A stretch of DNA of 36,001 bases from Nemertoderma westbladi. Lineage: Eukaryota; Animalia; Xenacoelomorpha. Location: positions 1 through 36,001 of the forward strand of contig JAUCBJ010007543.1 in assembly GCA_032718475.1 (NCBI GenBank), read 5' to 3'. Below, piece after piece: positions 26,843 to 36,001 of this stretch. A program made the translations under genes and the position numbers. A model generated the notes under the pieces. It did no database searches. It was not told where the DNA came from and saw nothing but the letters and a program-made list of their open reading frames with translations. Position 1 is the first letter of the stretch, and the number at the start of each line of letters is the position of its first letter.

Positions 26843-27400
26843 CTGTAAATATGAAAACATTAAAAATATGGAACAGGATACAATGATGATGCTAGTGTAT
26901 ATCATTTTCTAATCAATAAACCGAACCATGAACCGAATCATAACCTGAACAACTGGACCATTAATAGAACCATTACCCAAAACCATAACCCATCCGCCAA
27001 CCATAACCTGAGCAAATACAGTAGATGAACCATAATCCGACATTTATGGTAGCCCATATCGGCCACAACAAAACAAACTAACATTGACTTCTATGGGCAA
27101 ATTATGTGTTGTGAGAAAAGTTGTGAATTTGACGTGAAGTTGACGGCGATTTCACAACATTTTAATTTTTCGGTGAAGATAATCACCGGTGCATATACGT
27201 TGGGTCGTACTGTAATTATGAAACCATATTGACCTACATATTTTGTGCTTCTTCTACTGTATTTACATCTGACTCGGCATGTGTATAAAAAATATAATAA
27301 TTATAATAATTATTTTATTTTATTAGAGAATAAAGAATAAGTGCCTTTCTCTTCCTTAAATGATAATTTAACATTGAGTCAAGATATTAATCCGCGGAGA

Positions 27401-29527
27401 TAGTACAAGCTCCAGCCTAGGACCCCGTAGACATTTTATATATGACTCGGCTACCCTACATAGATGTTTAGTGCAGACTTGGGACATTTAAAAAAATTTG
27501 GGTAGACTTCACCAAATGGTTGCGCTCGTTTTTTAGGGGGTCTTAAACAGAGCAACGGAGAAAATTACCATAGCAACAGCTCTTATAGTAGATATGACGA
27601 TTTAAAATTTATAGCAGATTAATATTTTTGATATGAAGAATTTAATGGCATATTTCGTTTTTTGAAAATTCCATAGCAACCAGGTGAAAACGACCTTCAA
27701 AGATAGCAATATTGACAATGTCCATATAGCAACGGGCTTTGTATTGCGTATTCAGTGGTCGTACAGTCCCTATCTCATTCTGAATATTATTTCTCAAACT
27801 GGGTATCATTTCTCAAACCTTTTAGTAATGTTAGTCAACGGAGAATTTCAGTAGGTAAGACTGGGGTAAGAGTTGAGAATTCAGAAAGATGCAGCCAGCT
27901 CAATCTAACTCAAACTAGAGTCTGGCGCCATGGTTTGAGCAAGGTTGACTTCCAACTGTGCCATGCCATACTCAGCACTACTCTTCCTGTACGGGATGGA
28001 TAATTACTCTGGTTGAGTGAGGCACCACATGGGGAAGTGGCCTCTTTCTGTTGCTTGGGCTCTTGAGTTAATGGGTTGAATTACATCATCTGCTGGCTTG
28101 GGTGTGTCTCATAAAAGATATGTCAATCACGCAGTTCCTTTCTGGGCTTTACTAAATGTATGTTGTTAACTAAACCACACTGACTTGGTCTGTTTGTAGA
28201 GAAAGTTTTAATCTGGGAATATTGTTGTGGGAAATTGGTGTTCTGTTGTCTGTCTGTTTGATGTCAATTGGTGCCTTACAAGACATATCAGTTTAAAAAT
28301 CTAATGGTTAATTAAGAATTATTAGTGCATATGGGACCTCGCAACCCCCCCCCCCCCCCCCCCCTCCCATAAATATGACCCTGTCTATAATTACAGAGGT
28401 TTCCTCTGGCCCCTTTGCCCGGTATACCCACACCCGGATGTATTGCGAATAATTGTGTTGACGATGTAATAGAGAATTAAACATTAGTAAAACATTAAAG
28501 TTAAACGTTAGAAACATTTGCGAAATATACGCGACATTAAAATAAATTTATAAAATTGGTTGGTTATATTATATGGTTATATTTTAATGTGAAATAACGT
28601 TAATATGTTATGAGTCATACATACTTAATAAATGTAATAAAAAATTAATAAATCTTCAGTTTAATAATTTAGCATATAATTTTTTTATTCTGAAATTTAA
28701 AAATAAATTGAGTCACTGAGTCTGCAACTTAATTCTCACTGTCTACTGGAGTTAATTACACACAAACAAATCAAGTTTAGGGCATGTTATAACAGCAGGA
28801 GACCATCAAACCCGTAGGCAGAGTATAACAGAAGCGAGTGGGCCATTAAACACAGACAGCTTGTTGTATGAACGCTACACAGTACACAGTGCACAGTGGG
28901 TGGTTACGCGAGTTTGAGTTGGGTTTGAGTAAACCAGACAGGTTTGAGTTAGTAAGAGTGAGGTAAGAGAAAAGGTACCCAGTTTGAGAAACGGCAGCTA
29001 GAATGAGATAGGGACTGTATCATGATGGAATCAGAGCCTACCACTATTATATCCAGTATAAGGAACAATATGAATTCTTTTTCAGTTTCTAGTTGCCGTG
29101 GCACGAGTAACCTTGACTAAAAACAAGCTACATATTAGCCGCAGCAAAATCTACCTCTACCCCCACTATATCGAGTATAAGGAAAAATATGCAATATGTT
29201 TTACTTTCTAGATGCTATGGCAACGCGTCAGAATTGTTAATAAAGTGTCTTTAATATCTGTTAGCCGTTTACACTATGTAAATTAATCACAATTATATCA
29301 TTCAGTGTCAAGCAGTCTTTCTGACAGGCATATGTAGTTACTAGTGAATCAGGAATTGGTGAAAGGTATTTATTGGGCAACAACATTCCATTTGCACCAG
29401 TATTCCAACCAAAATCTAATACACTTAGATTTATCACGGAGTCATTGCATAATGATGCAATCTTATTTATTATGTAGAGACATCGCAAAATGTGACCATT
29501 TATAGATTCTGTTGTTGGAGGGAGATC
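27401..29527 (-). mobile_element. Academ-like DNA transposon remnant (terminus plus transposase C-terminal fragment)
   Basis: Minus-strand DLPPTTESINGHILRCLY...DFGW...GMLLP...PIPDSL...ACQKDC (29527 to ~29310) resembles the LPPT...GW...Cys-cluster C-terminus of Academ transposases; TAG-starting end at 27401 followed by repeated CCATAGCAAC motifs. Confidence 0.5.
27764..29017. mobile_element. Tc1/mariner-type MITE
   Basis: Perfect 18-bp TIR CAGTCCCTATCTCATTCT / AGAATGAGATAGGGACTG, extending imperfectly through TTTCTCAAACTGGGTA; TA duplicated at 27762-63 and 29018-19. Confidence 0.85.
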
Positions 29528-29692
29528 CTATTACTACTACTAGGATCGGCATGCTGCATTGCAGCTGCATTTTTAAGAATGATGTCTATGAATTCTAGGT
29601 CATTGATCAAGAAAACGGAGTGAAGAAGAAAACAAAGGGAGAGAAAACAAAGTGACAACGGATGATGCGGTTAGAGTTGCGGTTGATGCGGT

Positions 29693-30418
29693 TATTTTGT
29701 CCAATGCTGCATGTGCAGTTGGATTCATCAATAGACCAATTCCACCATTGGCACTATCATCTGCTGAAGCGAGGGCGAGTCGCCAACCGCCCCCCATGTC
29801 CTTAATCAGAACCTCATCAGTCTGTCCAGTCTCCATTCGGTGCTCTTTAACACCCACTGCGCTAAGAGAAAGCTTATCTGCCAAGGCAGTCAGCTCACCT
29901 TGTCGCTTTGGGGACCCGAGTGTTAGGGTGTTTACTGAGGCTAGTCTAGTGACTTGCCTCAGATTCACCAATGGCTTTGTTTGTCGGGGTGGAACATGAG
30001 AGTAGCCTCCAAATCCAGAATTCCTCCCCCCCTCACAATCTGGCCTCCCTGGTGACCCAGGGTTTGGGCCTGAAAGGTCATCGGGAAAGGGACTTAAAGA
30101 ATTGTTGGCTGCTCTCTCTACAGTAGGGGGTGAGACAGGCAGCCGGTCAGGAGATAACTGACGCCTGTGAGGCCGATTGTGTCCGGTAATTCCACTGGCC
30201 TCTAGTGGCCGGACCTCCGCATTACTAATGTAATCCATAGTGGGGGTTGGGGGTGCTTTTTTGCCGAGTCAGCTCTCGGGGCAAATACCACACCCTGGTT
30301 TGCCATTCCACAGGGTGTGTGTCGCAGTGGAGTCAGATATGAGGCCCATCAACCATATCTACTCTGGCGCAAATGACCCACCATTGGCTCTGCAGCTCAT
30401 CTGCTGGGTCATGCCCTG
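29693..30418 (-). mobile_element. RTE-like LINE 5' fragment (5' UTR and start of the AP-endonuclease), truncated at its 3' side
   Basis: RLASVNTLTL...SAVGVKEHR...NGGIGLLM are APE N-terminal motifs; the UTR contains a GGAATGGCAAACC...TATTTGCC hairpin resembling the RTE/BovB 5' motif; no RT present. Confidence 0.75.
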
Positions 30419-30751
30419 TGTAAAAGCTTTTGTGGGATAACTGATACGTTTGCCTTTGGAACTGAGAGATGCCGTAGAACAAAGAAAATCGACACGTATG
30501 AATATCAGCTGTTAACCGTCGTCATAGTAACTACTGTTCAAGAGTAGCTATCACCTTTTGCGTCACGGAATTGCCATAGAATCATCAACTATGCCTTTCA
30601 CAGTGCACATACGGAGGAAATAGCTCTTAGATCCTCTAAAAAACACCGATACAGCAATAATACGGTCTCTTACACCTATTAAATCAACTACAGAGTATTT
30701 TAATGTAAAAGATAATAAAAATAACGGGGCAATTCAGCAAAGGCTTTTACA
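30419..30751 (-). mobile_element. Putative 3' LTR of LTR element A (333 bp)
   Basis: Perfect 9-bp terminal inverted repeat TGTAAAAGC...GCTTTTACA; preceded on the minus strand by PPT-like TTTTCTGGGAGCGG; the left end coincides with the end of the GC-rich LINE UTR; partner LTR not in the window. Confidence 0.6.
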
Positions 30752-30829
30752 CCGCTCCCAGAAAATGGGATTTTCAGTCTATAAAATATAAAAATCACAG
30801 TTTCTAAAACCTAAAGATACTCTAAACAG

Positions 30830-33078
30830 TTAGTCTTTCTTACGCGGACGGCGTTTACGCAGTTTCTTGAGGCTAGCGAGAGTCCTTTTCTCTTTGGGGC
30901 GAGCCACTTTACGAGGAGGGCTGTAGCTCCTAGGCGAAGGGTGCAATACAATTGCATCAGAAGGTGTAGGGTTACGATCGGTATACCCGCCGGTCGAAGT
31001 ACCTGGTTGATTAATATCTACCTCAGGGGAGCGAGGTCTAACGGCCTTTAGAGCGCGTCTCAGGACAGCAGCTCCTACGGGTCCTTGACGGGTCGTCTGG
31101 ACACTAGCGGTGGGTGGACCGTGAGTGGTGAGGAACTTTCTCGGTTTAATGGTTCTCTCCAGCTCGCGTTCTCGGGTTCGATATTCATATGGTCGCCGAG
31201 ATACTTCCTGTAGTTCAGGATGCGAGTTCACAAAGATGTCGCCATACTCAGGGTCCTGACGGATAAAATTGATCAGGTGATATGTGGTTATATCATTAGG
31301 GTTAACGTTTCTAAGGTATTTTCTGACAAACTTGGTGGAAATACACTCACCAACACGCTTCATTAACTCGTAACTTGGTACGCGTGTTTTCTGTTCAATC
31401 GACGCGAATAGATAAGGATGGAACGCGTAAACTCCCTCGTAAGCTCGTCCAGGGTAATAGCGATGTCGGGATTCGCAATGTAAATCAGCGTTCGCTTCCC
31501 AAGCTCGGATGTATCGCAGGGTGATCATCTCGTCTACGCTCTCTAAATCGCGATTAAAGGGACAATTGTAACTTTCATGCCCTTTAAGTTGACAGTAGTG
31601 ACATTGAGTCATAAATTGTGGGCAGACGGCAAAAATATGAGAGTTATTAAGCCTGCAATAAGCACAATATATTTCCATCATCGGTTGTTCGAGGAAATAG
31701 GAACAAGGTACGCTCGAGTCTAGAGGGGTGAAGTGGTCTCTCGATGCGCATAATCGAAAACGTTTTCGAGAAACGTAGTTGGCGTGTCGATAATCGTACG
31801 CTGTGAGACGTTGTGGACCTTGATACCACTCTATTACATAATCATTGTCACTGCTCCGGGAAGCTGTAGGCTGAATCGCTTCTGATTCCAAGCATACTGG
31901 TTCATCTTCCAGCTGTATAGACGAAGTGGGTGCGTCTGTCTCAGTAAGTGGATCCACTGTCTGTATTTCCACGACAGAATAACCTGTAGGTATTCGGGGT
32001 CTTTGTATAACAGATGAATGTAAGTTCTGTATACAAACGTCTTGAAAAACGGCAAATCCAGCGCTACTCAGTTTCTCCGCAGCTGAGTCTCTCAGACTGA
32101 GTTTGGTCAGCGCGCGGTCCTTGAACTGACTATCGACGTTACGGAACGGAGTCAGAAAGCGCCGGAAACATTCGAAACGTATGAACTTATTGTGTTCATC
32201 TAACTTGGCGAGTTTAGTTCCAAGTATTAATGGGTGAGCGCGTATGGTACGACTGCACACATCGGCTAGCCAACCGGCAAGTGCTGCGTTTTCAAAGATC
32301 ATGTATATAGCTAAGGAAGGGCGAAGTGGAACACTCATAAAGCTATATACGGCACCAGGCGCAGTTAATGGTCCATCAAAATATAAACGAGAGTAATGAT
32401 CTCCATATACTTGCTGGTAATTGATAGGATTTCCAACTTTGAAATTCCATCCATATTCTTGAAAGGCAAGATGTCCGATGGATGTCCGTTGTACTTTAGT
32501 AATGTCGCTGGGTGTATTGGCATACATAGTGCGAAAGAAACCTCGGCCTTCGGCCCAAGGAGCAATCAGCTGAGTATCAACGAAAGGGTATGGAATGTTT
32601 TCCATATTCCGGAAGTCGTTTTGGAGATCTCCATAAACAGCTGAGCCGATTTTTAGGATTCTTTCGTTAAACAACATTTCGAGCACAGGTTGGGGTAACA
32701 TTGATCCGTCGATACCCATGGCCGGTTTGCGCTCGGTGTCGGTGACGTAACGCTGCGCGAGCTCGAATTGTCCATGTCGAAGTTTCTTTTGTGTCTCCGT
32801 AAGGGTTTCAAAAGAATAATCAATCACGTCGGAACACGCTCGAGTGAATACGTGGGTAGAACCAGCGAGTCCTCGTATATGTATCATTCGCGTAGTTCCT
32901 AGTTCTCCCACCGGAACGCTACCTTCGTTGTCATAAGTAACAACGCCATACATCTCGATAACGTTAAGAGTCTCGTTCCATTCTTTAGTGGCGTTTTCGA
33001 GAGTCATTCCCACTGGATGCCACAAAGTAGCGCATTCGCTAGCATTGGGTAAATCTCTATACTTTAAGCATTGTGTAG
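30830..33078 (-). CDS. Intronless DEDDy (WRN/MUT-7/RNase D-like) 3'-5' exonuclease with two CCHC zinc knuckles and a basic tail; interrupted at 33078 by element B
   Basis: ExoI VVTYDNEG; ExoII LPQPVLEMLFNERILKIGSAVYGD; SIGHLA; ExoIII-like PLRPSLAIYMIFEN; CAYCRLNNSHIFAVC and CHYCQLKGHESYNC; KKLRKRRPRKKD; frame stays open upstream of the listed 33025 start. Confidence 0.75.
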
Positions 33079-33365
33079 TATAAGGGGAAATAAGAGGCCA
33101 TGGCCCAATAGAGGGATGTACGAATGTGGGTTGTACCGGTACCGGACTGGCTGAACTGAGGTTAAGAGATACATACAGATGTACAGTACAGTGTGACAGG
33201 TGGAGGGTTAGGCCTACATGTAAAGCTGGCAGAGTGAGGTTGTTCTGCCTAATTATTGTACCGCTGTATTACTAATTATAATATTGCTGGATTGTTGTAC
33301 TACTAATATTATACACTGGATTACAGAATTGTATTGTGTTATAGAATAATTACCTACTGCTTATA
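33079..33365 (+). repeat. 5' LTR of element B (287 bp, TATAAG...CTTATA)
   Basis: 6-bp terminal inverted repeat; start repeated at 35988 after the PPT. Confidence 0.7.
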
Positions 33366-33377
33366 AGCTAACCGGGC
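33366..33377 (+). promoter_or_regulatory. Candidate primer-binding site AGCTAACCGGGC
   Basis: Lies directly after the LTR and 8 nt before the gag ATG; reverse complement GCCCGGTTAGCT matches a tRNA-Lys-type 5' end. Confidence 0.5.
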
Positions 33378-33385
33378 TGACAGAG

Positions 33386-33475
33386 ATGGTACCAAAAATA
33401 TCTGACTATGTTAAAAAATATGACGGTCTCAGTGACCCTAGCATCTGGTTATCAATATTTAAAAATTCCAGATAG
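33386..33475 (+). pseudogene. Gag N-terminal stub (29 aa)
   Basis: MVPKISDYVKKYDGLSDPSIWLSIFK fits the (F/Y)xGxxDxxxWxxxF gag start; runs out of frame into RT sequence. Confidence 0.6.
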
Positions 33476-33477
33476 CG

Positions 33478-35922
33478 ATGAATGAGTGGATAGAAAAGGG
33501 CTGGTTAAAAGAATTTGAGGGAGAGACCAAAGGGCTGATCCCCTTGATGCATAAGGACGAACCTCGAAAGGATAGAGTACGTCCTATAATGGATTTTAGA
33601 GAACTGAATTCATTCATTGTGAAAGAACCAGGAGCAGATGCTGCTGCCAGTAACGAGAAGCTTAGAAAATGGGCCAGAATGGGAGAACAAACAGCAGTGA
33701 TTGACCTTAAATCAGCATACATGCAGCTGGGAATAGCTCCTAGTTTACACCCATACCAAGTAGTAGTACATAATGGGAAACGTTATTGCATGACTAGGTT
33801 GGGTTATGGATTGGGTCCAGCTCCTAAAATCCTAGATACAATTGTCGAAACAGTCATAAAACAAAATAAAAGGATTGAAGAAGCAGCTGACAACTTCCGA
33901 GATGATATTTATGTCAATGTAGATAAAGTACCAGCAGAGGAAATTCGAAATCATTTAAGAAACTATGGATTACAATCCAAAGAACCAGTAAGATTAATAG
34001 AAGGTGGTCGGTTACTTGGAATATATATAAAAGATGGAAGATGGCAAAGAGACAGTGAATTACCCAAGTTAGAAGAAGTGGAAAACCCATTAACACATAG
34101 AAGACTTCTGGCAATAATTGGGAAATTAAGAGGTAATTATTTGATTATGGGTTGGTTGCGTGTGGTATGTAGCTGGTTACAAAGACAGGAGGCAGCAATC
34201 CCAATGGATTCACCCATTAGCAATGACTCAAGGAAACGATTAATTGAGGTTATAAATCGCACAAATGAAAATGATCCTGCACAGGGTTATTGGCCGATCA
34301 GTGATACAAATGAGGGTGAGGTTTGGGCTGATGCTAGTGCGATAGCTACAGGTGCATTAGTTAAGATTGGGGGTAGAATATCGGAAGATGGGGCATGGCT
34401 TCGTAAAGATAGTGACCCGGAACATATCAATGCAGCTGAATTAACTGCAGTTATACAAGGAATAAATATGGCATTACAGTGGGGACTTAAAAATATCAAA
34501 TTATACACTGACTCAGCTTCAGTTTATGGGTGGATTAGTGCGATGTTGAAAGATGAACATAGATTACGAAATACAGGGTTATCAAAGATGTTGATAAGGA
34601 GGCGACTAGATGTATTGAAGAAAACTGTCGATGAATATAATTTAAAAGTAACAATTCAACTAGTATCATCTAGCAAAAACCTGGCAGACTATTTAACCAG
34701 AATTCCCAAACCATGGTTGATTAACCAGAATAAATCCATTGTAACAGTGGGAGGTGATGAAATGGAAACACTTGTTAAAGATGAAAGAGTACAATTAACT
34801 GAAAAACCACTATCCAAAGCCCAAATATTTCAAAGAGTCAAAGAATTACATGAAATTGCACATCTTGGGACGGATAGAACACTAGTATTGTGTGATGCCG
34901 ATAGAGAATTACAGACAATGAATGTGACAAGGAAATTAGTCAAAGAAGTGTGCAATAGCTGTAATAAATGCAAATACATAGATCCAAATCCTGTTACTGC
35001 AGTGAAAAAAGGAACTTGTAAGATGGAGCGAGGGTGGGAAAGACTATCAACTGACTTCACAGAGGATGAAAATAAAAACCAATATCTGACAATGGTCGAT
35101 TGCGCTACCGGGTTTACTATATGGCATAAAGTTAATAAAGAAACTGCAGAGGCAGTTATAAAGGAATTGCAGCAAGTAATTGTTGAGTGGGGGCCCCCAG
35201 AAGAGTTATTGTCTGATAATGGACCCGCTTTTAGGAGTAAAGAAACAAAACAATTTTTGGAAAAATGGGAAGTTAAACACCTGACCTCGTGCACTTATAG
35301 ACCACAAGGGAATATAGTTGAAAGATCCCATAGAACTATTAAGACATGGGCAGCAAGAACAGGCAAAGAACCCACGCAAATTGCCTTTTGGTATAACAGG
35401 ACTGCATCACATGGAAATAAGTCACCATGGGAACTGCTTACCTCAAATCATATCACCAAATTACCAGGTGTTACGGAAGTTATTGCAACAGAACCGGAAA
35501 TGGAATATAAGTTTAAAATTGGGGAATTTGTATATATTAAGCCGAAACAACATGTAAAGTGCCACACAAAATGGAGAGGCCCACTGATAATTGAGGCGGT
35601 TCCAGATTCTTGGTCAGTTATAGCAGGTGGATACAAGCGACATATACAAGACATTAGGAAAGCGGAATGTGGGCAGATAAGCCCAAATAATCTCAGTACT
35701 GCTCAGTACTGCACAACTGTACCCGTACAACACCAGAATTATAGTGATAGTAACAGTGAATCTAGCTCAAATGAAGAAGATAATATTGTTGCAAATGAAA
35801 GTTTGGAGGAAACTGTCGATTATACCAATGCAAACGCAGTTGAAGAACCAGGAGAGCACTATAGATTGCGTACGGGACGAGTGTCAAGACCACCTATGAG
35901 ATATGGGATTAATATAAACTGA
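33478..35922 (+). CDS. pol: Pol: reverse transcriptase, RNase H, integrase (814 aa, N-terminally truncated)
   Basis: RT: RPIMDFRELN, IDLKSAYMQL, RLGYGLGPAP, FRDD. RNase H: WADAS, HINAAELTAV, YTDS, NLADYLTR. Integrase: HEIAH...CNKC, STDF, SDNG, VERSHRTIK. Confidence 0.95.
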   Translation: MNEWIEKGWLKEFEGETKGLIPLMHKDEPRKDRVRPIMDFRELNSFIVKEPGADAAASNEKLRKWARMGEQTAVIDLKSAYMQLGIAPSLHPYQVVVHNGKRYCMTRLGYGLGPAPKILDTIVETVIKQNKRIEEAADNFRDDIYVNVDKVPAEEIRNHLRNYGLQSKEPVRLIEGGRLLGIYIKDGRWQRDSELPKLEEVENPLTHRRLLAIIGKLRGNYLIMGWLRVVCSWLQRQEAAIPMDSPISNDSRKRLIEVINRTNENDPAQGYWPISDTNEGEVWADASAIATGALVKIGGRISEDGAWLRKDSDPEHINAAELTAVIQGINMALQWGLKNIKLYTDSASVYGWISAMLKDEHRLRNTGLSKMLIRRRLDVLKKTVDEYNLKVTIQLVSSSKNLADYLTRIPKPWLINQNKSIVTVGGDEMETLVKDERVQLTEKPLSKAQIFQRVKELHEIAHLGTDRTLVLCDADRELQTMNVTRKLVKEVCNSCNKCKYIDPNPVTAVKKGTCKMERGWERLSTDFTEDENKNQYLTMVDCATGFTIWHKVNKETAEAVIKELQQVIVEWGPPEELLSDNGPAFRSKETKQFLEKWEVKHLTSCTYRPQGNIVERSHRTIKTWAARTGKEPTQIAFWYNRTASHGNKSPWELLTSNHITKLPGVTEVIATEPEMEYKFKIGEFVYIKPKQHVKCHTKWRGPLIIEAVPDSWSVIAGGYKRHIQDIRKAECGQISPNNLSTAQYCTTVPVQHQNYSDSNSESSSNEEDNIVANESLEETVDYTNANAVEEPGEHYRLRTGRVSRPPMRYGININ

Positions 35923-36001
35923 AAGTAAAATTATGATTTCCACATGTGTGACAATTCAAGATTAGTTCATTAATGAACTGGTGGGAGTATAAGGGGGAAT
36001 A

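Larger units (their letters stand above)
33079..36001 (+). mobile_element. Ty3/Gypsy-like LTR retrotransposon B, internally deleted (gag/protease missing); 3' LTR runs off the window
   Basis: 5' LTR 33079-33365; RT-RNase H-integrase order; PPT-like GGTGGGAG then TATAAGGGGGAATA (35988-36001) matches the LTR start TATAAGGGGAAATA at 13/14. Confidence 0.9.

Noticed and set aside
26843-26905. Signal-peptide-like start of the 403-aa ORF
   Set aside because: Intronic sequence upstream of a good TTTACAG acceptor; the exon begins in the kinase C-lobe
30830-33025. Zinc-knuckle ORF as the missing gag of element B
   Set aside because: It is on the opposite strand, outside the LTR of B, carries exonuclease motifs, and B has its own gag stub at 33386

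Overview
AT-rich eukaryotic (probably invertebrate animal) genomic DNA with GT-AG spliceosomal introns; there are no prokaryotic features. The + strand carries the 3' half of a sacsin (SACS) gene: a ~5.4 kb exon with the last HSP90-like SRR domain, then nine small exons ending in J and HEPN domains (stop 24811). Two tandem arrays in this gene are each seeded on an exon-end/5' splice site: ~113 x 44 bp and ~4.8 x 51 bp. A convergent kinase-ARM gene (STKLD1-like) has its last exon at 25694-26842 (-). Upstream of that exon, apparently in its intron, is a stack of transposons: an Academ-like remnant containing a Tc1/mariner MITE; an RTE LINE 5' fragment; a putative LTR element A whose 3'-most ORF encodes a DEDDy (WRN/MUT-7-like) exonuclease plus two CCHC zinc knuckles; and, inserted into that ORF, a gag-deleted Gypsy-like element B. 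Element B has TAT...ATA LTR ends and a candidate primer-binding site complementary to the 5' (not 3') 12 nt of a tRNA-Lys-type sequence. All family assignments are from motif recognition by eye; no database searches were run.
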